Shown here: one piece after another, positions 49,355 through 57,634 of the stretch
Position numbering within the stretch: the first letter of the stretch is position 1
How the letters are laid out: the number at the start of each line of letters is the position of its first letter
Origin: Candidatus Latescibacterota bacterium
GTDB taxonomy: Bacteria; Latescibacterota; UBA2968; UBA8231
DNA: 64,000 nucleotides
Reading direction: 5' to 3'
NCBI GenBank assembly: GCA_965204725.1
Contig: OZ242005.1
Location: 2,176,001-2,240,000 of the forward strand
The notes under the pieces: model-generated
What the model was told of the DNA's origin: nothing
Databases searched by the model: none
What the model saw: only the letters and a program-made list of their open reading frames with translations
Translations under genes and position numbers: made by a program

Positions 49355-50037
49355 TGGCGCGACTTTACCTCTTCGCCGAAGGTTTAACCGAGCAGACGTT
49401 TGCCGATACGGTCTTGAAGCCGCATCTAGCGAACTTCGGCGTCTATATGCAGAAACCAACCTTGATTGCACACTCCCGAAGGAGGGGAAGAGTACATCGC
49501 GGCGGCGGAAGAAATTTCCCAGCGATGCAAAACGACATCAACCGCCGTCTCAAGCAGGAGTCGGGGCATGACGTATTTTTTACCACGATGATTGACCTTT
49601 ACGCCTTGCCGGCGAAATTTCCCGGCGTTGAAGAAGCGGAGAAACTGCGCCACGACCCGTATAAACGGGTGGAGGCTCTCGAAAGATCGTGGTTCGATGA
49701 GACCAGCGATCATCGCTTCATCCCGTTCATTCAGTTGCATGAGTTTGAAGCGTATTTGTTTGCTGATGTATCCCAGTTCGCTTTCTTCTTTGACAATGCC
49801 GATTCCCAAATTTCCGCTTTGCATGATGTCCAGTCCCCAGAACGGATCGACGACGGGCAACATACCGCTCCATCGAAGCGGATCATCGCCCAATTTCCCG
49901 AATACGAATCCGCGAAAACAACGGTAGGACCACAGATGGCCGAACAGATTGGCTTGGAGAACATCCGCTCCAAGTGTCCCCATTTTAAGGCGTGGGTCGA
50001 GCGACTCGAGAAACTCGGAGCACCGGAGAGATCATAA
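49354..50037 (+). CDS. DUF4276 family (TOPRIM-like) protein
   Basis: AEGLTEQTF, TTMIDLYALP, QLHEFEA, PSKRI, CPHF..W; TGATG coupling to the ATPase. Confidence 0.85.
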   Translation: MARLYLFAEGLTEQTFADTVLKPHLANFGVYMQKPTLIAHSRRRGRVHRGGGRNFPAMQNDINRRLKQESGHDVFFTTMIDLYALPAKFPGVEEAEKLRHDPYKRVEALERSWFDETSDHRFIPFIQLHEFEAYLFADVSQFAFFFDNADSQISALHDVQSPERIDDGQHTAPSKRIIAQFPEYESAKTTVGPQMAEQIGLENIRSKCPHFKAWVERLEKLGAPERS

Positions 50038-50040
50038 CAA

Positions 50041-53000
50041 GTGATGACGAAAACGACGGCGCGACGAACGGCAGCGGTTGAGACCTATCTCGCTGACCTG
50101 CAACGGGTGCGGGCTTCCGGCGGCGCAACCGGCGAGCGGTCGAGCTACGGACCGCTGGCGAGCCTGCTCAATGCCATCGGCGCAACGCTCAAGCCCAAGG
50201 TCTTTTGCGTCGGCGAGTTGGCCGATCAGGGAGCGGGGCATCCCGACTTTGGGCTGTATGCGGCCAAGCAGGTGCAGAAGGGGCAACCTAAGCAGGGACA
50301 AGTGCCGGAACGGGGCGTGGTTGAAGTGAAGGCGGCGGACGATGACGCTTGGTTGACGGCGGCGGGCGATCAGGTTAGCCGCTATTGGGGACGCTATCGG
50401 CTGGTGCTGGTGACCAATACGTGCGACTTCGTGCTCGTCGGCGAGGACGCAGCCGGGCAACCGGCGACGCTCGAAACGTTTCGGCTGGCCGAGAGTGCCG
50501 AGGAATTCGCGCAACGCTTAGAGAATCCGCGAACTTTTGCTCGCGAGGTCGGCGCGGGGTTAGGGGAATATCTGTGCCGGGCGTTGTCGCATCGGGCGCG
50601 GCTGGCCGAGCCGAAGGATTTGGCTTGGCTGTTGGCGTCTCATGCCCGCGATGCGCTGGCGCGGGTCGAGGCGGCGGGTGATGCGCCGGCATTGGCGGCA
50701 GTGCGGACGGCATTGGAAGAGGCTCTCGGCGTCCGCTTTGAGGGCGAGCGCGGTGCGCGGTTTTTTCGCTCAACGCTGGTGCAGACGCTGTTCTACGGCG
50801 TGTTCTCCGCTTGGGTGCTGTGGGCGCGGCACACGACACAGGCCGGGAAAGCGTTCAATTGGCGCGAAGCGGTCTGGCATTTGCGAGCACCCGTCATGCA
50901 GGCATTATTCCAACAACTATCGCAACCCGGTCGGCTACAACCGCTCGGCCTCGTCGAAGTGCTGAATTGGACATCTGCGGCACTCGACCGGGTGGATCGC
51001 GACGCCTTCTTTGCCCGCTTCAACGAAGGCGAGGCCGTCACCTACTTTTACGAGCCATTCCTCCAAGCCTTTGACCCTGAACTGCGGAAACAACTCGGCG
51101 TCTGGTACACGCCGTCCGAAGTAGTGCGCTACATGGTCGCCCGCGTTGACAAGGCTTTGCGGGACGATCTCGGCTTGGCCGATGGGCTGGCGGCGGAAAA
51201 CGTCTATGTGCTCGATCCATGCTGCGGCACCGGGGCCTATCTGGCCGAAGTGCTGCGCCGCATCGCCGCCAATTTGAACAATCAAGGCTTGGGTGCGCTC
51301 ACCGGCGCCCGGGTCAAACAGGCGGCAACCGAGCGCGTGTTCGGCTTCGAGATCATGCCGGCGCCGTTTGTCGTCGCCCACCTGCAAGTTGGATTGACCA
51401 TGCAGGCACTCGACGCAGCCCTATCCGATGACGGGCAGGAACGCGCCCAAGTGTTTCTGACCAACGCACTAACCGGCTGGGAGCCGCGTCCGAGCAAGCC
51501 GCTGCCTTTTCTCGAACTGGAGGAGGAACGCGACCGGGCTGAGCGGGTCAAACAGGACACGCCGATCTTGGTGATCTTGGGCAATCCGCCCTACAACGGC
51601 TTTGCGGGGATGGCGATGGACGAAGAGCGGGAACTGTCGGTCGCCTATCGCACGACCAAGCGGGTGCGCCGCCCTGAAGGGCAAGGGCTCAACGACCTCT
51701 ACATCCGCTTTTTCCGCATGGCTGAGCGACGCATTGCCCAGACTGGTCGAGGCATGGTGTGCTTCATTTCCAACTATTCTTGGCTTGATGGGCTGTCGCA
51801 TACGGGAATGCGGGAACGCTATTTGGAGACATTTGACGCGATACGGATTGACTGCTTGAACGGCGACAAGTTCAAGACCGGCAAGGTCGCGCCGGATGGC
51901 TCGCCGGACCCAAGCATCTTTTCGACAGCGGACGATCCGGTCGGCATTCAGGTAGGCACTGCCATTGCGACGCTGGTACGTAAGCTCGACCACGCGCCAA
52001 CCGAGGCGGTCGGATTTCGGCATCTATGGGGGCAGGCCAAGCGCGAGGAGTTGCTTGAGACGGAGGAAGTGGAACCGGAAAAGCTCTACGAAAACATCGA
52101 TCCAGTGTTGCCGCTCGGCCTGCCGTTTGTACCAACGGCTGTCAGCAAGGATTGGTTCGACTGGCCGGCCCTGCCCGATTTATTTCCGGTATCCTTCCCG
52201 GGCGTGAATACCAGCCGCGACCCATTTCTCGTCGATACCGATCTCGACCGGCTCAAGGCGCGGCTGGCCGATTACTTCGATGCGAGTCTGAGCCATGACG
52301 AGATTGCGCGGCACTATCCAATCGTAATGAAAACCACGAGACGTTTCGACGCTCGCAAGGTACGCGACGCGCTGCTCGGACGCGGCTGGCCGATTGATGC
52401 TGGATTTATCCGCTTTACGTACCGGCCTTTTGACATTCGCTGGCTCTATTGGGAGGCAGAGACGAAACTGCTGGACGAAAAGCGTGCCGACTACAAGCCG
52501 CATGTGTTCGAGGGAAACGTCTGGCTGTCTGCCGCACAGCACCTGCGCCGAGACGCCAACCAGCCGCAAGCCTGTTTCACAAAAATCATGGCCTCGGGGC
52601 ACCTGATTGAGCGCGGCGCAAGCATGTTCCCCGCCTATCTGCGCGAGGAGGGCGATCTCAGCAATGGTGGCCAAGCCAGCACCCGCCCCAACCTATCGCC
52701 GGCCGCCCAACGCTACCTCAAGCATCTCGGTGCGACCGTCGAAGACCTCTTCTACCACGCCCTCGCCACTCTCCACGATCCCGCGTATCGCACGGCCAAT
52801 GCCGGAGCACTCAAGATGGAATGGCCGCGCATCCCCCTGCCGGGCTGGCCTGATAGCAAGACGGACAGTGCCGCCGAGACGCTCGCTACCTCCGCAGCAC
52901 GGGGTCGCGAGTTGGCCCGCCTGCTCGACCCCGACGCCCCCGTGCCGGGCGTGACCCAAGGCACGTTGCGTCCCGAGATCGCCGCCCTCGCCGTGCCCGC

Positions 53001-53394
53001 CACTACCGATAGCCGCAACATGACGGGCGACGATTTCGCGCTCACCGCCGGATGGGGCCATTTCGCAACGGGCGACGCCGTAATGCCGGGGCAAGGCCGC
53101 CTCATCGAGCGCGATTACACCCCGGACGAACGCGCCGCGCTGGGCGATGCCATCCCCGCCCTCGGCGCAAAGACGCTGGATGTGTACCTGAATGACCGCG
53201 CCTTCTGGCGCAACGTGCCCGCCGCGATTTGGGACTACAAACTCGGCGGCTACCAAGTCCTCAAGAAATGGCTCTCCTACCGCGAACACGCTGTGTTGGG
53301 ACGAGTGCTGACGCCGGAGGAAGTGCAGTACTTTGCGGAGATGACGAGGAGGATTGGAGGGATGTTGAAATCGACACGATCCCCTGATGGATGA
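50041..53394 (+). CDS. Type IIG/ISP-like restriction-modification enzyme, copy 1
   Basis: N-terminal PDFG..VEVK nuclease-like motif, GVWYTP, DPCCGTG, GNPPY N6-MTase, YRPFD..W, GGYQVLKKWL (Type ISP C-terminal-like). No helicase motifs. Confidence 0.9.
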   Translation: MMTKTTARRTAAVETYLADLQRVRASGGATGERSSYGPLASLLNAIGATLKPKVFCVGELADQGAGHPDFGLYAAKQVQKGQPKQGQVPERGVVEVKAADDDAWLTAAGDQVSRYWGRYRLVLVTNTCDFVLVGEDAAGQPATLETFRLAESAEEFAQRLENPRTFAREVGAGLGEYLCRALSHRARLAEPKDLAWLLASHARDALARVEAAGDAPALAAVRTALEEALGVRFEGERGARFFRSTLVQTLFYGVFSAWVLWARHTTQAGKAFNWREAVWHLRAPVMQALFQQLSQPGRLQPLGLVEVLNWTSAALDRVDRDAFFARFNEGEAVTYFYEPFLQAFDPELRKQLGVWYTPSEVVRYMVARVDKALRDDLGLADGLAAENVYVLDPCCGTGAYLAEVLRRIAANLNNQGLGALTGARVKQAATERVFGFEIMPAPFVVAHLQVGLTMQALDAALSDDGQERAQVFLTNALTGWEPRPSKPLPFLELEEERDRAERVKQDTPILVILGNPPYNGFAGMAMDEERELSVAYRTTKRVRRPEGQGLNDLYIRFFRMAERRIAQTGRGMVCFISNYSWLDGLSHTGMRERYLETFDAIRIDCLNGDKFKTGKVAPDGSPDPSIFSTADDPVGIQVGTAIATLVRKLDHAPTEAVGFRHLWGQAKREELLETEEVEPEKLYENIDPVLPLGLPFVPTAVSKDWFDWPALPDLFPVSFPGVNTSRDPFLVDTDLDRLKARLADYFDASLSHDEIARHYPIVMKTTRRFDARKVRDALLGRGWPIDAGFIRFTYRPFDIRWLYWEAETKLLDEKRADYKPHVFEGNVWLSAAQHLRRDANQPQACFTKIMASGHLIERGASMFPAYLREEGDLSNGGQASTRPNLSPAAQRYLKHLGATVEDLFYHALATLHDPAYRTANAGALKMEWPRIPLPGWPDSKTDSAAETLATSAARGRELARLLDPDAPVPGVTQGTLRPEIAALAVPATTDSRNMTGDDFALTAGWGHFATGDAVMPGQGRLIERDYTPDERAALGDAIPALGAKTLDVYLNDRAFWRNVPAAIWDYKLGGYQVLKKWLSYREHAVLGRVLTPEEVQYFAEMTRRIGGMLKSTRSPDG

Positions 53395-53404
53395 GACATT
53401 CAAG

Positions 53405-53614
53405 ATGAAACCCACCGCATACATCGAGACATCGATCACCAGCTATCTCACCGCGAGACCTTCCCGAGATGTCGTGGTCACAGCGTATCAGCAAGGGTGG
53501 CGCAACGCTCGGGACTGATTTGACCTCGTCGCGTCAGAGCTTGTTATCGCCGAAGCCAGTGCCGATGATACATGTACCCCCAACGAACTAATGGAACCCG
53601 GAACCCAACCATGA
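53405..53614 (+). pseudogene. PIN-domain toxin relic (N- and extreme C-terminus)
   Basis: MKPTAYIETSITSYLTARPSRDVVV...RD*FDLVASELVIAEAS, then a deletion, then CTPNELME. Confidence 0.75.
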
Positions 53615-53805
53615 AGCCATCACAACCCGAGCCGGTCATCGCTGAAATCCGAACCGTCCGCGACCCACACGCGGCCCGGTTTGGTTACGACGTCAAAGCA
53701 ATTTTCAGAGACATTCAAGCCAGACAAGAGGCTTCTGGTCGCCAATACGTCCGCTACCCCGCTCGCCGCACAGCCCCTGAGTCCGGAGCTCAGGCGACCC
53801 GGTGA
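53611..53805 (+). CDS. Small putative antitoxin partner of the PIN toxin
   Basis: EPVIAEIRTVRD.HAARFGYDVKAIFRDIQARQ, a pattern I recognise from small ORFs following this PIN family. Confidence 0.55.
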   Translation: MKPSQPEPVIAEIRTVRDPHAARFGYDVKAIFRDIQARQEASGRQYVRYPARRTAPESGAQATR

Positions 53806-53831
53806 GATCGGCTGGCCAAAGTCTCTCGTGT

Positions 53832-53944
53832 TGGGGGATGGCCTTTGCCGGATTGGTGCCGATCATGGCCCCGACGATGCTGGTGTACACTTTCTTGCAG
53901 CAATACCTGACAAAGAGGATTCCTATTGGGCACTCAAGAGGTAG
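53832..53944 (+). pseudogene. 3' fragment of a carbohydrate ABC permease (degenerate)
   Basis: WGMAFAGLVPIMAPTMLVYTFLQQYLTK, with a 1-nt deletion near the end. Confidence 0.65.
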
Positions 53945-53959
53945 AAAGGGCCGTGATCG

Positions 53960-56900
53960 GTGATGACGAAAACGACGGCGCGACTAACGGCAGCGGTTGA
54001 GACCTATCTCGCTGACCTGCAACGGATTCGTTCATCGGGCGGCGCAACCGGCGAGCGGTCGAGCTACGGACCGCTGGCGAGCCTGCTCAATGCCATCGGC
54101 GCAACGCTCAAGCCCAAGGTCTTTTGCGTCGGCGAGTTGGCCGATCAGGGAGCGGGGCATCCCGACTTTGGGCTGTACTCGGCCAAGCAGGTGCAGAAGG
54201 GGCAACCGAAACAGGGACAAGTGCCCGAAGGGGGTGTGGTTGAAGTGAAGGCGGCGGACGATGACGCTTGGTTGACGGCGGCGGGCGATCAGGTCAGCCG
54301 CTATTGGGAACGCTATCGGCTAGTGCTGGTGACCAATACGTGCGACTTCGTGCTCGTCGGCGAGGATGCGGCCGGGCAACCGGCTACGCTCGAAACGTTC
54401 CGGTTAGCTCAAGGTGCGGAGGAATTCGACCGTCGATTGGAGACGCCGCGTGCTTTTGCTCGCGAGGTCGGCGCGGGTTTAGGGGAATATCTGTGCCGGG
54501 CACTGGCGCATCGGGCGCGGCTGGCCGAGCCGAAGGATTTGGCTTGGCTGTTGGCGTCTCATGCCCGCGATGCGTTGGCGCGGGTCGAGGCGGCGGGCGA
54601 TGCGCCGGCGTTGGCAGCAGTGCGGACGGCATTGGAAGAGGCCCTCGGTGTCCGCTTTGAGGGCGAGCGCGGCGCACGGTTTTTCCGTTCAACGCTGGTG
54701 CAGACGCTGTTCTACGGCGTGTTCTCCGCTTGGGTGCTGTGGGCGCGGCACACGTCCGGGGCCGCTCGGTTCGACTGGCGCACGGCGGTCTGGCATCTAC
54801 GGGCACCGGTGCTACGGGTGCTGTTCCAACAAATCTCCGATCCCGGTCGGCTGTACCCGCTCGGCCTCGTCGAAGTGCTGGACTGGACGGCTGCTGCACT
54901 CGACCGAGTGGATAGAGACGCCTTCTTCGCCCGCTTCAACGAAGGCGAGGCCGTCACCTACTTTTACGAGCCGTTCCTCCAAGCCTTTGATCCCGAACTG
55001 CGGAAACAACTCGGCGTCTGGTACACGCCATCCGAAGTAGTGCGCTACATGGTCGCTCGCGTGGACCAAGCCCTCCGGGACGATCTCGGCTTGGCCGACG
55101 GGCTGGCCGCGGAAAACGTCTATGTGCTCGATCCATGCTGCGGCACGGGAGCGTATCTGGCCGAAGTGCTGCGCCGCATCGCCGCCAATTTGAACAATCA
55201 AGGCTTGGGGGCGCTGGCGGGTGCCCGAGTCAAGCAGGCGGCAACCGAGCGCGTGTTCGGCTTTGAGATTATGCCCGCGCCGTTTGTCGTCGCCCATCTG
55301 CAAGTTGGGTTGACCATGCAGGCACTCGACGCGGCCCTGTCCGATGACGGAACGGAACGCGCCCAAGTGTTTCTGACTAATGCGCTGACCGGCTGGGAGC
55401 CGCGTCCGAGCAAGCCGCTGCCTTTTCTCGAACTGGAGGAGGAACGCGACCGGGCTGAGCGGGTCAAGCAGGACACGCCGATCTTGGTGATCTTGGGCAA
55501 TCCACCTTACAACGGTTTTGCGGGGATGGCGATGGACGAAGAGCGGGCATTATCAGAAGCCTATCGCACGACCAAACGGGTGCGCCGTCCCGAAGGGCAA
55601 GGGCTGAACGACCTCTACATCCGCTTTTTCCGCATGGCCGAACGACGCATTGCCCAGACCGGCCAAGGCGTCGTGTGCTTCATTTCCAACTATTCGTGGC
55701 TCGACGGGCTGTCGCATACCGGGATGCGGGAACGCTATTTGGAGACATTTGACGCGGTTCGGATTGACAATCTGCACGGCGACCGCATCATCTCGGAGTA
55801 TGCACCCGATGGGCGGACCAGCGAAACCGTCTTTGCGCTTCAGGGACAATCGCCGGGCATTCGGGTTGGCACCAGCATCGCCATGCTTTCCAAGTCGGGA
55901 ACCGCCGATCTATCGACACGCCGACGCATTCTGTATCGCGATCTCCATCAGGCCAGAGCGGATGAAAGACGACAAGCCCTGTTGGACAGCCTCGACGCCG
56001 AAATTGATGCAGGCTATACCGCATTGAAACCCAATTTTCGCCTCGGCTTGCCATTCAAGCCAGCGGCTGTCAGCGAAGATTGGTTCGACTGGCCGGCCCT
56101 GCCCGACCTGTTTCCAGTGTCGTTCCCCGGCGTCAAAACCAGCCGCAACGGATTCCTCATCGACATTGACCTCGACCCGCTCAAGGCGCGGATCAACGAA
56201 TACTTCAACGCGGAGTTGCGCCCCGACGACATCGCCCGCCGCCATCCGGCCATCATGCAGCAATCCGCGCTGTTCGACGCCCACGCCGTGCGCGCTGAAC
56301 TGCTGGCCCGCGGCGGACCCAACCCCGCCGGGTTCATCCGCCATACCTATCGACCCTTTGACCAGCGCTGGCTGTATTGGGAAGCCGATTCAAAGCTGCT
56401 CGACCGACCGCGCCCCCAGTACAAGCCGCATATATTCGAGGGGAATCTGTGGCTGTCTGCCGCGCAGCACCTGCGCCGCGACGCCAACCAGCCGCAAGCC
56501 TGTTTCACAAAAATCATGGCCTCGGGGCACCTGATTGAGCGCGGCGCGAGCATGTTCCCCGCCTATCTGCGCGAGGAGGGCGACCTCAGCAATGGCGGTC
56601 AGGCCAGCACCCGCCCCAACCTATCGCCCGCTGCCCAACGCTATCTCAAGCATCTCGGCGTGACCGTCGAAGACCTCTTCTACCACGTCCTCGCCACCCT
56701 CCACGATCCCGCGTATCGCACGGCCAATGCCGGGGCACTCAAGATGGAATGGCCGCGCATCCCCCTGCCGGGCTGGCCCGATGGCAAGGCGGACAGCGCA
56801 GCCGAGACGCTCGCTACCTCCGCAGCACGGGGCCGCGAGTTGGCCCGCCTGCTCGATCTCGACGCCTCCGTGCCGGGCGTGACCCAAGGCGCATTGCGCC

Positions 56901-57322
56901 CAGAGATCGCCACCCTCGCCGTGCCCTCCACTACCGATAGCCGCAACATGGCCGGCGACGATTTCGCGCTCACCGCCGGATGGGGCCATTTCGCACCGGG
57001 CGACGCGGTGATGCCGGGTCAAGGCCACCTCGTCGAGCGCGATTACACCCCGGACGAACGCGCCGCGCTGGGCGATGCCATCCCCACCCTCGGCGCAAAG
57101 ACGCTGGACGTGTACCTGAACGACCGCGCTTTCTGGCGCAACGTGCCCGCCACAATTTGGGACTACAAACTCGGCGGCTACCAAGTCCTCAAAAAATGGC
57201 TCTCCTACCGCGAACACGCTGTGTTAGGACGGGTGCTGACGCCGGAGGAAGTGCGGTACTTTGCGGAGATGACGCGGCGGATTGGGGCGATATTGAAATC
57301 GACACGATCCCCTGATGGATGA
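53960..57322 (+). CDS. Type IIG/ISP-like restriction-modification enzyme, copy 2
   Basis: Near-identical to copy 1 except two divergent post-MTase segments. Confidence 0.9.
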   Translation: MMTKTTARLTAAVETYLADLQRIRSSGGATGERSSYGPLASLLNAIGATLKPKVFCVGELADQGAGHPDFGLYSAKQVQKGQPKQGQVPEGGVVEVKAADDDAWLTAAGDQVSRYWERYRLVLVTNTCDFVLVGEDAAGQPATLETFRLAQGAEEFDRRLETPRAFAREVGAGLGEYLCRALAHRARLAEPKDLAWLLASHARDALARVEAAGDAPALAAVRTALEEALGVRFEGERGARFFRSTLVQTLFYGVFSAWVLWARHTSGAARFDWRTAVWHLRAPVLRVLFQQISDPGRLYPLGLVEVLDWTAAALDRVDRDAFFARFNEGEAVTYFYEPFLQAFDPELRKQLGVWYTPSEVVRYMVARVDQALRDDLGLADGLAAENVYVLDPCCGTGAYLAEVLRRIAANLNNQGLGALAGARVKQAATERVFGFEIMPAPFVVAHLQVGLTMQALDAALSDDGTERAQVFLTNALTGWEPRPSKPLPFLELEEERDRAERVKQDTPILVILGNPPYNGFAGMAMDEERALSEAYRTTKRVRRPEGQGLNDLYIRFFRMAERRIAQTGQGVVCFISNYSWLDGLSHTGMRERYLETFDAVRIDNLHGDRIISEYAPDGRTSETVFALQGQSPGIRVGTSIAMLSKSGTADLSTRRRILYRDLHQARADERRQALLDSLDAEIDAGYTALKPNFRLGLPFKPAAVSEDWFDWPALPDLFPVSFPGVKTSRNGFLIDIDLDPLKARINEYFNAELRPDDIARRHPAIMQQSALFDAHAVRAELLARGGPNPAGFIRHTYRPFDQRWLYWEADSKLLDRPRPQYKPHIFEGNLWLSAAQHLRRDANQPQACFTKIMASGHLIERGASMFPAYLREEGDLSNGGQASTRPNLSPAAQRYLKHLGVTVEDLFYHVLATLHDPAYRTANAGALKMEWPRIPLPGWPDGKADSAAETLATSAARGRELARLLDLDASVPGVTQGALRPEIATLAVPSTTDSRNMAGDDFALTAGWGHFAPGDAVMPGQGHLVERDYTPDERAALGDAIPTLGAKTLDVYLNDRAFWRNVPATIWDYKLGGYQVLKKWLSYREHAVLGRVLTPEEVRYFAEMTRRIGAILKSTRSPDG

Positions 57323-57327
57323 GACAT

Positions 57328-57432
57328 CTCACACAGAAGTTACTCGAGCAGAGAGCGGTCCCCCACACGGCTGCGGAAGATGCGGCTCATATTGCCATCG
57401 CCGTTGCAAACGGAGTCCGTTATCTTGTAACC
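57328..57432 (+). pseudogene. PIN-domain toxin relic (central part)
   Basis: Translates LTQKLLEQRAVPHTAAEDAAHIAIAVANGVRYLVT. Confidence 0.75.
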
Positions 57433-57503
57433 CGCTCGCCGCACAGCCCCTGAGCCGAAGCTCAGGCGACCCGGTGAGATCGGCTGGCCAAAGTCTCTCG
57501 TGT

Positions 57504-57617
57504 TGGGGGATGGCCTTTGCCGGGTTGGTGATGATCATGGCCCCGACGATGCTGGTGTACGCTTTCTTGCAGCAATACCTGACGAAGGGGATTACTGTTG
57601 GGGCACTCAAGAGGTAG
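57504..57617 (+). pseudogene. 3' fragment of a carbohydrate ABC permease
   Basis: WGMAFAGLVMIMAPTMLVYAFLQQYLTKGITVGALKR*, a MalG-type C-terminus. Confidence 0.7.
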
Positions 57618-57634
57618 AAAGGGGGCGGCGGTAG

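Noticed and set aside
57315-57617. 100-aa ORF as a real gene
   Set aside because: It is a chance fusion of PIN relic DNA (read off-frame) and the permease 3' fragment.
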